From NCBI GenBank assembly GCA_002499195.1, contig DAKS01000018.1, positions 24,905 through 88,904 on the forward strand: a stretch of 64,000 nt of DNA, written 5' to 3'. Within the stretch, counting starts at the first letter, position 1; every line of letters starts with the position of its first letter. Below, piece by piece: positions 63,443 to 64,000 of the stretch. A model generated the notes under the pieces. The model was not told the DNA's origin. It ran no database searches and was given only the letters and a program-made list of their open reading frames with translations. Origin of the DNA: Euryarchaeota archaeon UBA443 (GTDB taxonomy: Archaea; Thermoplasmatota; Poseidoniia; Poseidoniales; Poseidoniaceae). The translations under genes were made by a program, and so were the position numbers.

Positions 63443-64000
63443 TCAATCACTCCCCTGCTGATATTTGGCCTCAACCTCTAATGCTCGTTTGAGTACAATT
63501 TCCCAATGTTCTTGATATTCGATAGGATCTTTCCGACCAATTGAATGGAATGCTAGGATTCGTTCAACATCAGAGCCACTCTGTCCCGAACTTCGGCCAT
63601 GTTCATCCGGATTGTAAGAGGTAATCGTATTGCTTAGAACCTCATCGAATTCTAGGCCTAGTGCTTGAGTAGTCTTCAGTGCATCTTGAAGAATTGACGT
63701 CTTATCACCATGAATATAGGGAAGGTCAAAGTCCACCATATCGCTCTCCCAATTACCAATTTCAAAAGCGGTTTGTAGTGATTGATAGAATTCTGGCCGA
63801 CAATCAGGATAGATTTCATGATCGCCACTATGAACTCCAAGAGCAAGTACAACATCTCTACCTGTTCTCTTAGTCTCAGAGAGAGCAAATCCATACAATA
63901 TCGATGCAAATATTGCGTTCCTATTTGGGACAACAGTCTGTTTCATCTGCGATTCTTCATAATGACCAAGTGGAACTTCTTGATCATTTGATGTCAGTGC
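63443..64000 (-). CDS. queC: 7-cyano-7-deazaguanine synthase, N-terminally truncated by the window edge
   Basis: VVPNRNAIFASILYGFAL and the following region match the QueC C-terminal half. The reading frame stays open upstream of the internal Met at 63946 to the window end (…LGHYEESQMKQ). Confidence 0.85.
   Translation of the reverse strand, partial: ALTSNDQEVPLGHYEESQMKQTVVPNRNAIFASILYGFALSETKRTGRDVVLALGVHSGDHEIYPDCRPEFYQSLQTAFEIGNWESDMVDFDLPYIHGDKTSILQDALKTTQALGLEFDEVLSNTITSYNPDEHGRSSGQSGSDVERILAFHSIGRKDPIEYQEHWEIVLKRALEVEAKYQQGSD

Noticed and set aside
1-64000. Scan for tRNA/rRNA genes, CRISPR arrays, IS elements or integrases, and toxin-antitoxin pairs
   Set aside because: Intergenic gaps are nearly all under 100 nt. 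The only GC-rich non-coding block is the SRP RNA. No transposase or integrase motifs appeared in any frame-track ORF, and no direct-repeat arrays were seen. A by-eye scan cannot exclude small C/D-box sRNAs or short unlisted ORFs.

Overview
This is a gene-dense (about 55 genes), almost fully coding chromosomal segment from an archaeon. The archaeal assignment rests on ribosomal proteins S19e, L39e, L31e and S17e, an SRP RNA with helix 6, archease, a tRNA-splicing endonuclease and a geranylgeranyl reductase. The low-to-moderate GC content, acidic proteins, many exported hydrolases and thrombospondin-type-3 (TSP3) repeat giants suggest a marine planktonic euryarchaeote of the Poseidoniales/MGII type, but that is inference only.

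Housekeeping content:
- valS, glyA, pyrD (class 2), mdh, pntAA-pntAB-pntB, dinB and topA.
- A PepP-like peptidase, an MqnC/E-like radical SAM enzyme, IscA plus YgfZ, and queC-msrB-queD.
- An r-protein cluster and one SRP RNA. The L39e gene is too short to appear in the ORF track.

I saw no CRISPR array, transposase or integrase, rRNA or tRNA, and no recognisable defence island.

The parts most worth a second look are lineage-specific surface and envelope modules and a few tightly coupled gene sets:
1. A lipobox-bearing secreted protein that combines TSP3 repeats with a clear PNGase F-like C-terminal domain.
2. A reeler/DOMON-like Cys-x-Cys-His protein, 9 nt upstream of a TatC homologue that carries an extra ~190-aa cytoplasmic domain.
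3. A three-gene unit: a wHTH/TerB-repeat protein, a PfkB kinase with a degenerate GAGD motif, and archease. It lies divergent from endA and next to the SRP RNA.
4. An orphan CcmE with the CXXXY heme-site variant.
5. A Cys-less FGE-like protein paired with an FMN reductase, convergent on a PqqD-like gene that ends a giant surface-protein operon.

All homology calls come from motif-level reading of the translations. No database search was possible. Start codons were chosen by eye, and the ORF track appears to translate GTG/TTG starts as M.
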